DNA of 27,166 nucleotides from a virus (Duplodnaviria; Heunggongvirae; Uroviricota; Caudoviricetes): IMG/VR virus record IMGVR_UViG_2526164690_000039; one strand, 5' to 3'. Shown piece by piece: positions 25,883 to 27,166 of this stretch (position 1 is its first letter; each line of letters starts with the position of its first letter). The notes under the pieces were generated by a model. It saw only the letters and a program-made list of their open reading frames with translations, ran no database searches and was not told where the DNA came from. The position numbers and the translations under genes were made by a program.

Positions 25883-27166
25883 GTGAACACATTTTCAGTT
25901 TCCCGTCTGGCGCTGGCATTGGCTTTTGGCGTGACGCTGACCGCCTGTAGCTCAACCCCGCCCGATCAACGTCCTTCTGATCAAACCGCGCCTGGTACCT
26001 CTTCTCGCCCGATTCTGTCGGCAAAAGAAGCGCAGAATTTCGATGCTCAACACTATTTTGCATCCCTGACACCAGGTGCAGCAGCGTGGAATCCTTCCCC
26101 GATTACCCTGCCTGCGCAACCTGACTTTGTTGTCGGCCCGGCGGGCACTCAAGGTGTAACGCATACCACGATTCAGGCGGCGGTAGATGCGGCAATTATC
26201 AAGCGTACCAACAAGCGCCAGTATATTGCCGTGATGCCTGGTGAGTATCAGGGAACGGTATATGTCCCTGCCGCTCCGGGTGGAATTACTCTGTACGGTA
26301 CAGGTGAAAAACCGATTGATGTGAAGATTGGGCTTTCCCTTGATGGTGGCATGAGCCCTGCCGACTGGCGTCACGACGTCAACCCGCGCGGCAAATATAT
26401 GCCAGGTAAACCAGCGTGGTATATGTACGATAGCTGCCAGAGCAAACGCAGCGACAGTATCGGTGTTCTCTGCTCTGCGGTCTTCTGGTCACAAAACAAT
26501 GGCCTGCAACTGCAAAATCTGACCATCGAAAACACGCTGGGCGATAGCGTAGATGCAGGTAACCATCCGGCGGTGGCACTGCGTACTGATGGTGACCAGG
26601 TACAGATTAACAACGTTAACATTCTCGGTCGTCAGAACACCTTCTTTGTCACCAACAGCGGTGTGCAGAACCGTCTGGAAACGAATCGTCAGCCGCGTAC
26701 GCTGGTGACCAACAGCTACATTGAAGGGGATGTGGATATCGTTTCTGGTCGCGGCGCAGTGGTGTTCGATAACACCGAATTCCGCGTGGTGAACTCACGT
26801 ACTCAGCAAGAAGCGTATGTGTTTGCACCGGCTACGCTGTCCAACATTTACTACGGTTTCCTCGCCGTAAACAGCCGTTTCAATGCTTTCGGTGATGGTG
26901 TGGCGCAACTGGGCCGCTCGCTGGATGTTGATGCCAATACCAACGGTCAGGTGGTGATCCGTGATAGCGCCATCAACGAAGGTTTTAACACGGCTAAACC
27001 GTGGGCCGATGCGGTGATCTCTAATCGTCCGTTTGCGGGTAATACCGGCAGCGTAGATGATAACGACGAAATACAGCGCAATCTGAATGACACTAACTAC
27101 AACCGCATGTGGGAATACAATAACCGCGGCGTGGGTAGTAAAGTGGTTGCAGAGGCGAAGAAGTAA
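25883..27166 (+). CDS. ybhC: Host outer-membrane lipoprotein YbhC (pectinesterase-fold acyl-CoA thioesterase)
   Basis: 427 aa with lipoprotein signal peptide (LTACSS); matches E. coli YbhC as recalled; known neighbour of attB-lambda. Confidence 0.9.
   Translation: MNTFSVSRLALALAFGVTLTACSSTPPDQRPSDQTAPGTSSRPILSAKEAQNFDAQHYFASLTPGAAAWNPSPITLPAQPDFVVGPAGTQGVTHTTIQAAVDAAIIKRTNKRQYIAVMPGEYQGTVYVPAAPGGITLYGTGEKPIDVKIGLSLDGGMSPADWRHDVNPRGKYMPGKPAWYMYDSCQSKRSDSIGVLCSAVFWSQNNGLQLQNLTIENTLGDSVDAGNHPAVALRTDGDQVQINNVNILGRQNTFFVTNSGVQNRLETNRQPRTLVTNSYIEGDVDIVSGRGAVVFDNTEFRVVNSRTQQEAYVFAPATLSNIYYGFLAVNSRFNAFGDGVAQLGRSLDVDANTNGQVVIRDSAINEGFNTAKPWADAVISNRPFAGNTGSVDDNDEIQRNLNDTNYNRMWEYNNRGVGSKVVAEAKK

Overview
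This window is the early/regulatory and lysis half of a mosaic lambdoid prophage integrated at the E. coli lambda attachment site, ending in attL (core 25822-25836) next to host ybhC (25883-27166). All homology calls are from memory of reference proteins, not from a search. Reading leftward from attL: lambda-type int/xis with the cII-dependent pI site; a pL operon of ea genes, a Lar-like zinc ribbon, an SSB-like protein, P22-type erf, kil, cIII and a P22/21-type N with nutL; convergent sieB-like gene; an immunity region (cI, cro, cII, nutR) of non-lambda specificity; lambda-type O (with six ori iterons), P, ren and oop RNA; a nin region (ninB, ninE, ninF, Roi-like, YbcO-like, rusA, ninH) interrupted by a complete IS10 (9745-11073) with 9-bp target duplications; an oppositely oriented AT-rich lpxR moron; a Q-like antiterminator; an unknown membrane-protein moron; a multiply disrupted DUF1737-sialate-esterase pseudogene; and a phage-21-type lysis cassette followed by a Rha-family gene. 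The most interesting unknown is a two-gene cassette (16402-16908) in the slot where lambda carries rexAB.
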